Part shown: piece by piece, positions 41,989 through 55,548 of the stretch
Layout of the letters: the number at the start of each line of letters is the position of its first letter
Position numbering within the stretch: the stretch's first letter is position 1
Source of the DNA: Octopus sinensis
Lineage: Eukaryota
DNA: 64,000 bases
Reading direction: 5' to 3'
Assembly (NCBI RefSeq): GCF_006345805.1
Contig: NC_043011.1
Location: forward strand, 62,694,464-62,758,463
Made by a program: the position numbers and the translations under genes
The notes under the pieces: generated by a model
Databases searched by the model: none
What the model was told of the DNA's origin: nothing
Seen by the model: the letters and a program-made list of their open reading frames with translations, nothing else

Positions 41989-42199
41989 TAGGCGTAGGAG
42001 AGACTGTGTGGTAAATAGGTTACTAACCAAGCACATGGTTGCGGGTTCAGTCCCACTGTGCGGCACGTTGGGCAAGTGTCTCCTACTAAAATTGAAGCAC
42101 CAGGTTTTGCTAGTAAATGATTAGAGGAGAATCTGGATAAAGCAATGTTTTGAGAAAGATAAAATTTGGTAGACGGTAACTGAAAGAAGCCAGTCGTAT

Positions 42200-42244
<45 letters not shown>

Positions 42245-42480
42245 TGCGTGTGTGTGTGTGTGTATTTGTGTGTCTGTGTTTGTCCCCCCAATCATAGATT
42301 GACAACCGATGTTGGTGTGTTTACCTCCCCGTATCTAAATGGTTCGGCAAAATAGACCGATAGAATAAGTCCTAGGCTTACAAAGAATAATCCCTGGGGG
42401 TCGACTTGTTCGACTAAAGGTGGTGGTTCAGCATGGGCGCAGTCAAGTGACTGATAAAAGATACAAGAATAAAAGAATAA
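41989..42480 (+). mobile_element. SINE family A, full length with short internal substitution
   Basis: Matches 21964-22378 except about 42088-42160. Confidence 0.85.
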
Positions 42481-43734
42481 TGGAGCATATTACTGCTTTA
42501 TACATCAAGTGAAAAGTTGTTAAGGTACGCAAAGGAACAGGTAATGCAATTTCTACTCCCCAGAACAAAGAAATTAGAAAAAGAGAAACACTCTGAATAA
42601 CTCCAGCCATTCCATGAGTCGTAATACATTTGAATTTACAGACACTCCAACAAATAACTGCTAAAATCTTGGATTAGTCAGACCAAAAGTGAACTAAGGT
42701 TGCTTGAAATTACATCCGCTGGTGTTCTGAGTTCAGGCAACGTAGAAACTTACATCTTGAGGCGTGAGACTGATTCTAACGTCTACGAATGGGAATGTTT
42801 AACATAATGATATCAGGATCTCGCTTTGCAGAAATTTCATGTTATTTAGAGGCAATGTTAAGGTGCAATTTAACACTAAATGCGAAGATGCGAAACTATG
42901 AATGATGGAAAACAATTCTCACATGCATCACGAGTAACATAATTATACATACACAACTTTAGAAGCCATGACGATTTTCGCAACATGCTGTTGGAAACCT
43001 GACAACGAAATTGTGCATCATATTAATGCAACCATCATCCGACAGGAGTGAGACGAATCAACCTGGGACATAATGCTAGTGAGGCTGCTAGCTGGCCAAA
43101 ATAGTTTCTAAATTATCTTTAATACCTTGTTTTCCTTTCCCACCATATGCCACAATTTGTAGACACAACTATTTTATTACTATAAAATTTAGATGAACCA
43201 AATGTCTGTAACGATAGATGTATGGCTATTACGAGAGTTTGAGAAGTTGTGTCAAAGAAATTCATTTTATTCCAAGTATTATCACCATCTCATAAAATAC
43301 TCCATTCCAGGCCAAGTGCGTTTGGCTTCAAATAGAATTGTCTGTTTCTATGAGCATCAGCAAGTTTCTATGACAAGTCGTTTCCCTCTTATTATCAGCT
43401 CGGTGTTGATTGGTTTGGTGTTGCACAGAAGATATATTATTATCGGTATGGAAAGAGTAAAGAACGAAGTGTTTCTTACCAACGAATTTGCTAAGATATA
43501 TTCCATTGAGAATGGCTTCTCGTTCAGAAATTGCATATCAAATGGATATTACAAGTAAATGTATAACATTAGAAACCCATATAGTACTTTCTTAAATCTT
43601 AAAACTAAAAATTATCAAAAAATGCTGTCTCAAAATGTCAAAACATCATGGAAACCTAAAAACAGAGTAAACAAATCTTTAGATATATATTGCTGCATTA
43701 CCGCAAGTGAGATGTACAACCATAATTATCGTAG

Positions 43735-44097
43735 AACACCGTCGGATAATGATGACGCGGGTTGCAGTTGATCCGATCAACAGAACAACCTGCTCGTGAA
43801 ATTAACTGCAAATAGCTGAGCACTCCACAGATACGTGTACTCTTAACGTAGTTCGCGGGGAGATTCAGCATGACACAGAGTGTGACAAGGCTGGCCCATC
43901 GAAATAGAGGTACAACATAAACAGGAAGTATGAGGGAGAAAAAGGTGTGGTGAAAGAGTACAGCAGGGTTCGCCTTCACCCCCTGCCGGACCTTCGTGGA
44001 GTTTTAGAAATTTTCGCTCAATGAACACTCACAATCGAAACCGTGATCCTGCGACCGCGAGTCCGCTGCCAATCCCACTGGGCCATTGTGCATCCAC
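43735..44097 (-). mobile_element. SINE with family B body and a different tRNA-like head
   Basis: Body matches 31873-32060. Head reads GCACAATGGCCCAGTGG..GGTTTCGATT. Confidence 0.7.
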
Positions 44098-44428
44098 AAA
44101 CACAATTATACAGTAAAAGGAAAATACAAAGCATTATCTGTCAAATTACTTGACAGATAATTAGTTGAGTAACAGATAACATGATATAACTTCATCAGCT
44201 CCCTAAATATGAAGTGCACCTTAGTTGGGATGGTCACATTTTCAGAACATCCAAGCATTGATGATTTTGGAAAGTTCTATAGCCAAGGTAGAAAAGAGTA
44301 GTACTCCTATCACTCTTCTGTATGTATATATGTGTGTGGCTATCTGTCGAGTACATACATTTGTATAAGGGCCTATGCGTATGTTTGTGTGTGTGTTCGT
44401 GTATGGATGTGAGTATGATTATACACAC

Positions 44429-44462
<34 letters not shown>

Positions 44463-44977
44463 GGATGTATGTATGTGCGTGTGTATATATGTATATGTTT
44501 ATATATGTGAATGAACGAGGGTACGCGTCTAAACATGTATCGCTACTTTAATTCCAACCTAAGCGCATGCGTATATTTGCAACCTTTTCTTTCTACTTGG
44601 GATCGAACTTTCCGTAGGCATCAACATAAACAGTCACATTCATAACATCTGTATGTTCCGATAATGTAATTATCTCAAACTAAGGGCACCTCATATTCAA
44701 GGTTCTGACGAAGCAATACAATGTTATCCTGAAACTCAACTAATAGTCCACAACATCATATAAGAGAAACAGGTGTAAGCAAATGAAGTTCATTATGTAA
44801 CATTTGTTTTTTCCGGCTTGTGAGTCATTTATATATATATATATTGTATATATATATATATGTATATACACGCATACGTATATACAGGTATACATACATA
44901 AATATTTATATATATATATGTATATACACGCATACGTATATACAGGTATACATACATACATATATATATATACAGGT

Positions 44978-45039
<62 letters not shown>

Positions 45040-45133
45040 GCATGTATATATATGCTTATATTTATATATGTATATTTATCACTAGCCGAGAAAACTTTTT
45101 TTATATTTTCTCTCCCTGTTTCTTTCTGTGTTC

Positions 45134-45169
45134 CTTTCTGATGAGGAGCATAGGCTCGAAGCGTAAGAG
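45134..45169 (+). ncRNA. Minimal hammerhead ribozyme, one core substitution
   Basis: CTTT CTGATGA G GAGC ATAG GCTC GAAG C GTA AGAG. GAAA is changed to GAAG. Confidence 0.55.
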
Positions 45170-45613
45170 ACTTTCTCCCTTCCTGAGCGTTAAACTAATA
45201 CATACATACAATATCGCACTAGTGTTAGACACGACCTGGAGCAATATTTGACCAAAACATATCAAAGTTATCTGAATTATCATGGGAATGGTAAACCTTG
45301 CCTGTGTGTATGCATATATATATATATTTATGCATGTATATACATATAAATGTGTGCATGTTTATATATAGATATGTGTGTGTGTACATATATGTGTACA
45401 CACGCGAATGTGTGTGTGTGTGGTTGTATACATAAAAACCGTATACCCTGGCTGGTATATTTCACCGATAAATGTTTGAAACTAGTGTTAAACTTTTGTT
45501 AATAAAGCTGTTTTTCCTTCTTTGATTATACATCCTACATTTTTAAGCAAACTTATATAAACCTATGCAAACATCGATACATACAGCTCAACACAAACTT
45601 ACAGACACGTACA

Positions 45614-45698
<85 letters not shown>

Positions 45699-45713
45699 GA
45701 CTCTCTCTCTCGC

Positions 45714-45748
<35 letters not shown>

Positions 45749-46050
45749 GTCTGTCTCTCTCTCTCTCTCTCGATATATATATATATATATATATAATTTG
45801 TGTGTGTGTGTGATATAGACGTGTGTTTGTCAAATTTTTCTTTCCATGTGGTAGTATAAGAGCCGTATTATCCTTTCCGCTATATTGGTTGTAATGTACA
45901 ATTCTTTTACACACCTAATATCGATGACTGGCTCTCACTCACATCAAAAGCCACTTCAGTTATTATTTCCCTTGATACTAAATATATATGTGGTTAAAAC
46001 CTCTATGTTACATCATGTAAATTTCAACATCTGTGTGTCTGTGTGTATAT

Positions 46051-46097
<47 letters not shown>

Positions 46098-47532
46098 ATA
46101 TACATAGATATATGCATACACAAACACATATATATATATATATATACACACACGCTCATATATATATATATATATATATATATGCAAGCAAATATATAAG
46201 TGTATATATATATATATGAACATATTTACATACAGACGTACACAAATACATGCATAGATACACACACACGCGCGCGCGCGCGCATCTATATATTCTAATT
46301 TACAAAGTAGCAGCGACTTCGAATAATATATTTTGTTGATACTCGAGAATTCTTCGATCAAAATGGCAATGTTCGCAGTTTCTCCTTTTTTTGTATTGTT
46401 TTCTATATTCCATAGAACCACCCTTTCTGCATTGCGTGCATAAAGCTTCTTCAAAGCTATTCTTTCGTTTTTGTGAAGGAATTGATTATTTTATCGCATG
46501 ACATTTGGGAATGGCGCAGAGTATCATTGTACAAGAGAAGGTTTGACAAGATTCCATGTTACTTCAAATCTTCTAAAAGTATTCCATTGTTTTCATAAGC
46601 AGGATTTACTTTTTATTTGTCCCTTTTATTTTATAATCTAATCCCTCATTTCATGACAGTTGATAAATCCTATTCTATATTCTTGTAAACATCTAATTTC
46701 CAAACTCTGGGAAGATGAAAGGTTTACGGAAAAGGATTGCTTGTATACATTGTAATTTCCTGTGAATCAAAGTATGAGTTTTGCTTCCATTCGCGATTGT
46801 AATCCTTTCTTTTATTCCCATAGTAACATTGTGATAGAGTCAGACACCTTTATCTTCTTCACACAAACTAACGTCCTTATCAAGTTCAATAAATATTGAA
46901 TTGCACGAATGAGAGGAAAATAATCTGAAAATATTATTGTTTTAATTCGTGAGTTTCACATCTATATAATTTTATTTCAAACGTGATGTGTTGCACAAAA
47001 TGAATATCTAATTCAAGGTCCTAACAGATTTGATGGGTTTTCTACATCTTGAATTGCACACGTATACAATTTGACTATTGAAAACCTAAACTGTAACCGA
47101 TATGAAAAGTAACCAGGCGCGACAAAATATTGCCCATAGCAATAGAACGAAATTGAATAATTACGGAAAATGTCTCAGTAAAATTACTCCAAATATAACT
47201 TAAGGAACAAATAAAATTGACCTTTCAATTTCTATTTGCTCAACACCAGGAAGAAACCAGAAACAAATCTAAAAGGAATGTCTGTTGTCTCTAGTATAGG
47301 AGAAAACATATTGGAAATTGTTTCGAGTGTCAACCAAAGAATAACGGTTAGTGATAAACTTTACGAGATTAAATCCTTGCACCACATACTCGAAGAAAGC
47401 AAGAAAACCTGAAAAAGAACATCTCCAGGAGTTATCCCATTCCCGTTGACAGGTATTGAAAAGAACGTACAACTGCATCGTTACATCATTATGAGACTTC
47501 CTGAAAAAAATAATACATAGCCGCATATATGA

Positions 47533-47610
<78 letters not shown>

Positions 47611-47703
47611 CGAGAGAGAGAGAAAGGGGAGAGAGACAATGATGCAATTAAACAAATAAAACAGCTTGGGCTTGATATGCAAAATATACATACATATATA
47701 CAT

Positions 47704-47777
<74 letters not shown>

Positions 47778-47808
47778 ATATATATATACATATATACATA
47801 CATAGATG

Positions 47809-47839
<31 letters not shown>

Positions 47840-47949
47840 GGAACGAAATCTGAAAGTATGCTGACGATGAATATTTGTTTTAATATATAGATATTTATAT
47901 ATTATTAGAGCAGATTTACACAGATTACAAAGACACAAAACTAGGATGA

Positions 47950-48612
47950 AAAGAAATGGTATTACAGTTTTGACAGCAGTTTCTAGAGGCTCGGAATTAC
48001 GTCGAAATATTCGCAGGTATGCTTCGGAAAAAGTGAATGTTATGCAACCAGTAGTGGATGCATATAAAGATCAGGAAAATTCGGCCTCCGTTTTCAGAGT
48101 GGACAGATAGGTGTGTATCATTTTAAATCATAATATAGAGAAATTTGAAGATAGAATAGGTGAAGAGGAAAATCGACAGAATTAAATAGAGGGAGGAAGT
48201 AAACAGCTCGTGGGGGTGTAGGAAGTGCTGAAACAATGATAGTCAAGAAGCGATAAAAAATCAGAGCAGGAATAGGGAGGGTTATTTGTAGTAATCCGAA
48301 GAGTAGCATTTATGTTGATATTATTGAATCAGGCCGAGTTTCAAAATGTTGTATTATTAGTAAGTTGTTTGGGGTGGTGTTTCAAGATGCAAGATTGTAG
48401 GTTCTGATTTCTGGCCATTTAGAGGAAGGCAAACGTAGATCCTAAGTTAAGGCTGTTGAAGGAAATTTTAATAGAGGATTTACTGAATATAGTTTGATAT
48501 TTACGTGATGGGAAATTGGAGTTTAGAATTTTAAAGAACAGCTTAGGTAAGAATCTAACATGAAGGGAGAAATTTGGCGCGAACCATAGGATCCCCTGCT
48601 TCCGGCAGTTGA
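47950..48612 (-). mobile_element. Penelope-like element linker region (degenerate)
   Basis: RKQGILWFAPNFSLHV..FFKILNSNFP..YQTIFSKSSIKISF matches the PLE RKRNIIWFNPP..IFNRNTVKVSYS motif. Confidence 0.7.
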
Positions 48613-48634
48613 AGGGCTTAGAGTGTTTTGGGTA

Positions 48635-48743
48635 GCCCGAGGCTATAGCAGAAGACACTTACCCAAGGTGCCATGCAGTGGGACTGAAACCGGAACTATG
48701 TGGTTGGTAAGGAAGCTATTTACCACATAGCTACTTCTGCGCT
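48635..48743 (-). mobile_element. SINE family A head
   Basis: GCCCGAGGCTATAGCAGAAGACACTT..GGGACTGAAACCGG. Confidence 0.75.
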
Positions 48744-49958
48744 GAACACACAGGACACACAGACACACATACTCATACACTAACATATATTTACATCTCT
48801 GTGTTTTTATGAGTGAGTGTGTGAGTGCATGAGCGTGTGTGTGTGTGTGCAACGTGTTATATATAAAAACCCGATTTCTCTTTCACACATATATCTATAT
48901 ATACACACGTGTTTTAGACATTGTAGCGCCGACTTCAAAGGATATTAAGTCGATCATAGCGTATCAACTGTAGCGGAATCGAATTATATATACAAGTTAT
49001 ATTTCAACACATCATAACAGTTTGCAGGCTACACACACAAACACACACGCGCATACACACACACACACACACACACAAACACACACGCGCATACACACAC
49101 ACATGCGCCCGCGCGGTCTCACACACACACATGTACATGCACACAAATATTTATACACACGTACACGTTTATATGAAATTTATATTAAAATTTTTCAAAG
49201 GTACATCCAAAGAAATCATTCACCTCTCTCACACATCGTCATTTCGTATACATATATTTTCGGTGAACACACGTAACTTCAACCTTTCGCATACACAGAT
49301 ACTGATACGTGTATATTTATATTTATTCATATATAGATGTTCAAAGTTAATTATAGACGACTTAATCTAGTAATAAATCAATAACGATTGCTGCAAAGCT
49401 ATTTTACACTTTATTTCAGACGTATTATTAAGTTGCCTCTTCCTTGATGTCTAAGAAGGTATTGAACTGTTGTTAAAGATGCCACCAACAATAATTGGCA
49501 CCAAACTCATCAATTGATGTCCTGTTAATGTACCGAAGACTCCAAAGAAATTTATGGTGGAAAATAGCATAATTTATGAAATGGGCGTTAAAAATAGGTA
49601 AATGAAAAAGGAAAGGAAGTGAAAATTAATATTTTACTAATTCCCAATAATGCGACAATTTTTTTGTATTGTTGTGGATGAATTTGTCTTTGTTACCTTC
49701 GAGTTACGCATATATAAACATCAACACGCACCATGCAGAGGTAACATTCTAATTACACAGATGTAAACACAAACATAAAGACATGTAGACACACATACAC
49801 CAAACACAGACACACACACAGATAGACATACAACAAATACATGCACATACATACATGCATACATACATACAATATATATATATTATATATTATATATATA
49901 TATATATATATAAGTGTATATACATGTATATATATATACTTATAATATATATACATAT

Positions 49959-50004
<46 letters not shown>

Positions 50005-50120
50005 ATATACTTGTATATATATATTCTTATATATATATATATATTTATTTATTCTTGTGTATGCGTATTTTGTTTCATATTTATATTTGCATTTTATATT
50101 TTTATAATTGTAATTTATTA

Positions 50121-50246
50121 CCTCTGACGGGGCCTTGGGATATATGTATATAAGTAACTCATTTTTAAGTGCATATTACCTCAACACATATGACTAATAC
50201 AGGCACAATGAGATACCTTTATCTACGGGCTGAAACAGCTGTTAGA
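50121..50246 (+). ncRNA. Variant type I hammerhead with ~100-nt stem II inside a PLE-like terminal repeat (about 50090-50600)
   Basis: CCT CTGACGG GGCCTTGGGATA..CTCATT..GTGC..GCAC AATGAG..TATCTACGGGCT GAAA CAGCT GTT AGA. Stem III is the palindrome ACAGCTGT. Confidence 0.55.
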
Positions 50247-50594
50247 TCCATTTTATATGTATTATTTTTATGGTATTATCTTACTTATTGATGTATATTG
50301 TTTTATTCTGTTTTATTCTGTTGGATTTGGATGTTCCTATTTAAGCAGTTAATAAATAATATGAATTGGTAATATCTGTAAGTTGATGATTGAAAGGAAT
50401 CTGTTCCTCCATTTTCTTATTTGTATTATGATTTTCAGGTAAAATATTTTACCTTCGGTCATCTAATACAATAAATGAACTAATTGCATTGCAATTATAA
50501 GCATTTATGTATTAGCCTTCTGGGTACATCACTAGCAGTATATTGGATAACTGATATCCTATAGTGCGTTACACTCATAACCCCTATGTCACTT

Positions 50595-50631
<37 letters not shown>

Positions 50632-50655
50632 GCACACATATATATATATATATAT

Positions 50656-50699
<44 letters not shown>

Positions 50700-50839
50700 T
50701 ACCTATATATATGTATGTAAACATATAATATATATAAACACATATATACAAACACTCATATATATATATATATGTATATATGTATATACGTATGTATGTG
50801 CGTATATGTTTGTGTGTTTTATATATATATAAAATAAAT

Positions 50840-51087
50840 GTTCCTTTTCGACTCATGCCAGGATCATTAGGGGCCGGTTTGCCGGTTTCAGTGGTGTAGG
50901 AATTTCCCACCTGGACGGAACGCCGGTCCGTCGCTGGATTAATCATTTTTGCCAGCTGAGTGTACTGGAACTGAGTGAAATGAAGTGTCTTGCTCAAGAA
51001 CACAATGCTTCGCCCGGTCCAGGAATCGAAACCACAACCTTACAACCATTAGTTCAAGACCCTAACCACTAAGCCACGGGCCTCCAC
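50840..51087 (-). mobile_element. SINE, family B head with V-domain-like body
   Basis: Head GTGGCTTAGTGGTTAGGG..GTTTCGATTCC; body CCAGCGACGGACCGGCGTTCCGTCCAGG. Confidence 0.8.
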
Positions 51088-51396
51088 ACACACACACAAA
51101 CACACACATATATATACACTCGATGGGCTTCTTTCAATTTCCGTAAATCAAACCCACAGAGAAGACTTTGGTCGAACCGAGGCTTTAGTAGAGAACCCCT
51201 ACCCATGGTGCCACGAAGTGGGATTGAACATAGATATCGATTGCCGGCTGAACCCTGTTTGACGGCTCACATAAACGTAAATATCTGCCTGTCTGTCTAG
51301 CTACGTATGTATGTATGCATGTATGTATGTATCTATCTATCTATCTGTCTATCTATCTGTCTGTCTGTCTGTCTCTCTATCTGTCTATATATATTT

Positions 51397-51438
<42 letters not shown>

Positions 51439-51509
51439 CATGCAAACACATCCGTGCTTTGGACGGTATAAGTTGCTTTGGTGATATTTTTTCACCAAAT
51501 AATTGTACT

Positions 51510-51932
51510 AGGCGCAGGAGTGGCTGTGTGGTAAGTAGCTTACTAAACAACCACATGGTCCCAGGTTCAGTCCCACTGCGTGGAATCTTGGGCAAGTGTC
51601 TTCTGCTATAGCCCCGGGCCGACCAATGCCTTGTGAGTGGATTTGGTAGACGGAAACTGATAGAAACTCCGCCAAGCCACACCAAAGTCCTCTCAAGATT
51701 AGCCGATGACTTTTAAAATGAGAATATCTGAAATAAACTCGACTGCTCTCGAAAACGTGAACACTAAAATGACCTGACCGATCTCAAGAATTAAGTGAAA
51801 AACCGGGAAAATAATCCAGAATCCTTGTTTGGTACCTGATCGGTCCCAATGGTAGTCATGGAATGCGAAGTGATTGCGCGGGCCGTGTTTGTAATGCTGT
51901 GTGTGTGTCGTCTGTAGTGGGAAGAGGGAGAA

Positions 51933-51985
<53 letters not shown>

Positions 51986-52207
51986 TTGTGTGTCTGTGTT
52001 TGTCCCCCTAGCATTGCTTGACAACCGATGCTGGTGTGTTTACGTCCCCGTCACTTAGCGGTTCGGCAAAAGAGACTGATAGAATAAGTACTGGGCTTAG
52101 AAAAAATAAGTCCCGGGGTCGATTTGCTCGACTAAAGGCGGTGCTCCAGCATCGCCGCAGTCAAATGACTGAAACAAGTAAAAGAGTAAAAGAGTAAGAG
52201 TAAAGAG
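51510..52207 (+). mobile_element. SINE family A, full length, interrupted by a 270-bp insert
   Basis: Head at 51510-51663 and tail at 51934-52207. Insert 51664-51933 matches 54179-54454. Confidence 0.88.
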
Positions 52208-52556
52208 ATACTACTGAGAATTTTTATGAGTAGCCCGTCATTCTGTTTCCTACTAACCTAGTAACAGCAAATCAAATTGAAGGCAGGTTTATTTCGGAGG
52301 TATTGTACTGAAATTATCACAGAGCATATTAGTTTGTAAGGGATGCCAAGTAGAGTTACTAAACTGTTTTGGGAGTAGATCTCGGATAATGATTACAAAG
52401 TATGGCTGTTTCTTAAGCGTATCGTGTTTACTCCTATTTTCATTATATAACATAGAAACATATTTGATACATTGTCATTTTATATGCTTTTGCTGGCAAG
52501 TTTATAAATTAACATTTACTTACATCAAAGTAAATTACTGGAGGCATAATATGCGA

Positions 52557-52675
52557 TGGACGGAGGTAAGGAATACGCACACCATCCGTTTTCGGCGTAA
52601 CCCTAACCGTAATTCTAACCCGAAACTTAACACTAACCCTAAGCACTGGGTTCATGTATTCTTTACCTTCGCCCA
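52557..52675. mobile_element. MITE-like element with internal degenerate (CCCTAA)n
   Basis: TGGACGGAGGTAAGGAATAC / GTATTCTTTACCTTCGCCCA imperfect inverted termini around TAACCCTAACCGTAA..CTAACCCTAA. Confidence 0.55.
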
Positions 52676-52759
52676 CGTGTTGTTCTATAAATAACGTCTA
52701 AATAAGCTTTATTTGAGAAATGTTTGATAAATTATCAAAAGAACATATTTTTACATTAA

Positions 52760-53060
52760 AGAAAATTACCTCAGACATAACGCGTGCTGTGTTACCGTTG
52801 CAGGTAGGCAGTCGAAATAAATAAATAGATAAAATCATTTCATGGTTTAAAGAGTATGGAACACTCTACATGCAAAAAAAAAAAACAATGTCTATTTACG
52901 TCCATTTACGTAGGAACTCGGGGGAAAATGTTATTGTGCATGGCCATCCTTGGGACTTAAGTAATGTGTGCGTAAATTTTGGTGTAAATCGGTTGAGAAT
53001 TGTGGAAATTTATGCGTTAGTTATTATACATGCACCTACTAAGATTTATATATACTAGAT
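52760..53060 (-). mobile_element. Non-autonomous Helitron-like 5' fragment
   Basis: AAATTTTGGTGTAAATCGGTTGAG motif; ends TTTATATATACTAGAT. Confidence 0.45.
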
Positions 53061-54154
53061 AAATATGTTTACACACTCACACGTAAATACACACACACGC
53101 ACACACATAGACACCCTTTCACAGCCACACATTGATACGTAGACACGGAACCACTTATACATACATGTGAGCGCGTATATATAACTTACGACGCATGTAT
53201 AGTAAGAATAGAAAATCGTATCAGATTCACGACATTTTTGACCGCCAAAGAGTTACTTTATTGAATGTTGAGTTTAATCTGAGCTTTATGGTTTTAACTT
53301 TTGATCTGGAAGCAGATGATAAGGCTCTAAATAACAGCTTGTAAATACATACTCTTTCGAATAAACAAATGTATACAGAAATGCATAGCTGTTGCGACGT
53401 ATCTAATGCTGATCCTATAGATCTAATGCTGATCCTAAGGGATTTTGGAAAATTCCTTAGGCAATGGAGACAAGAATTTCAAAAAATTTTAAATCAGTAG
53501 AGAAAATGTAGCATTTTATGGAGGCTGTTAAACGAACATATAAACTCAGGTATGGTATGCTGGTAGCAACACAATTGTCTAAAGAAATATTTACCAAAAT
53601 ATTGCAGCCTCATTCAACACATGATGCAAGTTAAAAGAATATATATATCAGTTTATTTACACCCCCCTCCCACATATTTGGATCTTCTTCTCACTTGAAT
53701 TGTCAAAGATGATTTTTTCCAAGCATTTATAATACACACATTACATGAAACAAGTTATTAATGCTCCCACACGTGCACCTAAGTATATAAAATATATGTG
53801 CGAACGGGAGAGCGGGTGTGAGTGAAAGTCAGTCTCAGTCGATTACTTTATGTTTCAAAACAAATGATTCTCGACTGCCCATGCATTTGTTGCCGCTGGC
53901 TTTTACGTCAAGAATAATGTTGGAATTAGTCACAAGGCCAGCAAATGGGGCATGTTGATACCACTAAACTTTTTGTGGGGTTAGAAACTTACTTCCCAAC
54001 CACAGGATTTCGGGTTCAATCCCTCTGTGTGGCACTTTGGGAAAAATCTCTTCTATAGCCTCGGGCTTACGACCCAGCCAACCTGGCATCCGTGTTCTTA
54101 TCTTGATATCACATTTTGACACAAGGTCAGGTCATATTCTGATATTAATAACAA

Positions 54155-55143
54155 TAACAATAGCAGTCACAAAGGACAAAACTCCGCCAAGCCAACACCA
54201 AAGTCCTCTCAAAGATTAGCCGATGACTTTTAAAATGAGAATATCTGAAATAAACTCGACTGCTCTCGAAAACGTGAACACTAAAAATGAACCTGACCGA
54301 TCTCAAGAATTAAGTGAAAAAACCGGGAAAATAATCCAGAATCCTTGTTTGGTACCTGATCGGTCCCAATGGTAGTCATGGAATGCGAAGGTGATTGCGC
54401 GGGCCGTGTTTGTAATGCTGTGTGTGTGTCGTCTGTAGTGGGAAGAGGGAGAATTTTCTCTATGAAGGCCTTTCTTAGTCTATCCACTGATATAGTGTCT
54501 TTACGACCATTAATGTCTATAGTGAAAAAAATTATCCTCGCATGAAAGAAAATGGAAAAGATTTGCTTGCGGTGCTGTTAACGGAGGTTTCACAACATCG
54601 TTGCACACAAAAACGTCAGTCCAAGAAATAAATCTCTCTTCAAGCCAGGGCTAGAAATGCAATTGTCAAGTAGGTAAGAGGTTTTAAATAGGAACGATAT
54701 ATTCAAAATTGGTAAAACTAAAAATTGTATTGTTACTGAATATGTTAGTGCAATTAAATATCTGAACGGTTTTGCTGCCGTTTGTTAATGCAGTTTGAAT
54801 TCTTTATCAATAAGTTTCTACTAAGATTGAGACGCGAGTAAAATTTTTAACAGAGAAGCGAAAATGAAACTTTGAAAACAACAACGCCACCATACCTTTC
54901 AAGGGAAATAATTAGATAAATACTTGAGCGTGAATGTATGATCGTGATACTTCCTGTAAGGTAAAGGAAACAGGCAATAATTCAGAATTCTTGTCCGGTA
55001 TCGAATTGAGGCCAAAAGTTAATCAGTTCTTATGAGGCCAAACATACCTGGAAGTTTCATCCGAATCCATCCAGTGGTTCGTGAGATATCTTGTCCACGG
55101 AGAAACAAACAGACAGTACCTCCACCTTCGCTAAGGTGGTTGT
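54155..55143 (-). mobile_element. Helentron non-autonomous element, long or composite copy
   Basis: 54155-54370 matches the 3' half of 4874-5230 and 54970-55143 matches its 5' half, both in reverse, with unrelated sequence between. Confidence 0.55.
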
Positions 55144-55309
55144 GATGATGATACATCTTCTGGAATACGCTTAGCGAGAAGAACAACTTTTACAGCGTCT
55201 CTACACATTTATGCAAATTTTGAAATTAAAATATTTGTAACATCATCTTTTTGTAATTTGGAACTTTACCGCATCCATTTCGTTGTTAGCAGTGAAAAAC
55301 CTTTATAAT

Positions 55310-55310
<1 letters not shown>

Positions 55311-55374
<64 letters not shown>

Positions 55375-55548
55375 TAATAATACTGAAGAAGAAGAAGAAA
55401 AAGAAGAAGAAAAAAAAGAAGAAGAAGGAGAAAAAGAAGAAGTAGAAAAAGAAGAAGAAGAAAAGAAGAAGAAGGAGGAGAAGTAGAAAAGAAGAAAAAC
55501 AAAAACAACAGCAACAAAAGTACAGGAATAACCACAACAACAACAATA
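55311..55548. repeat. (TAA)n/(GAA)n/(CAA)n microsatellite
   Basis: Direct reading. Confidence 0.9.

Noticed and set aside
44701-44755. CTGACGA..GAAA..GTC hammerhead-like motif
   Set aside because: Stem I cannot form and stem II is poor; at best a fossil.
46280-47520. Coding-like AT-rich stretch
   Set aside because: No recognisable domain, with stops in all frames I read.
53401-53437. Direct repeat ATCTAATGCTGATCCTA x2
   Set aside because: Ordinary short tandem duplication.
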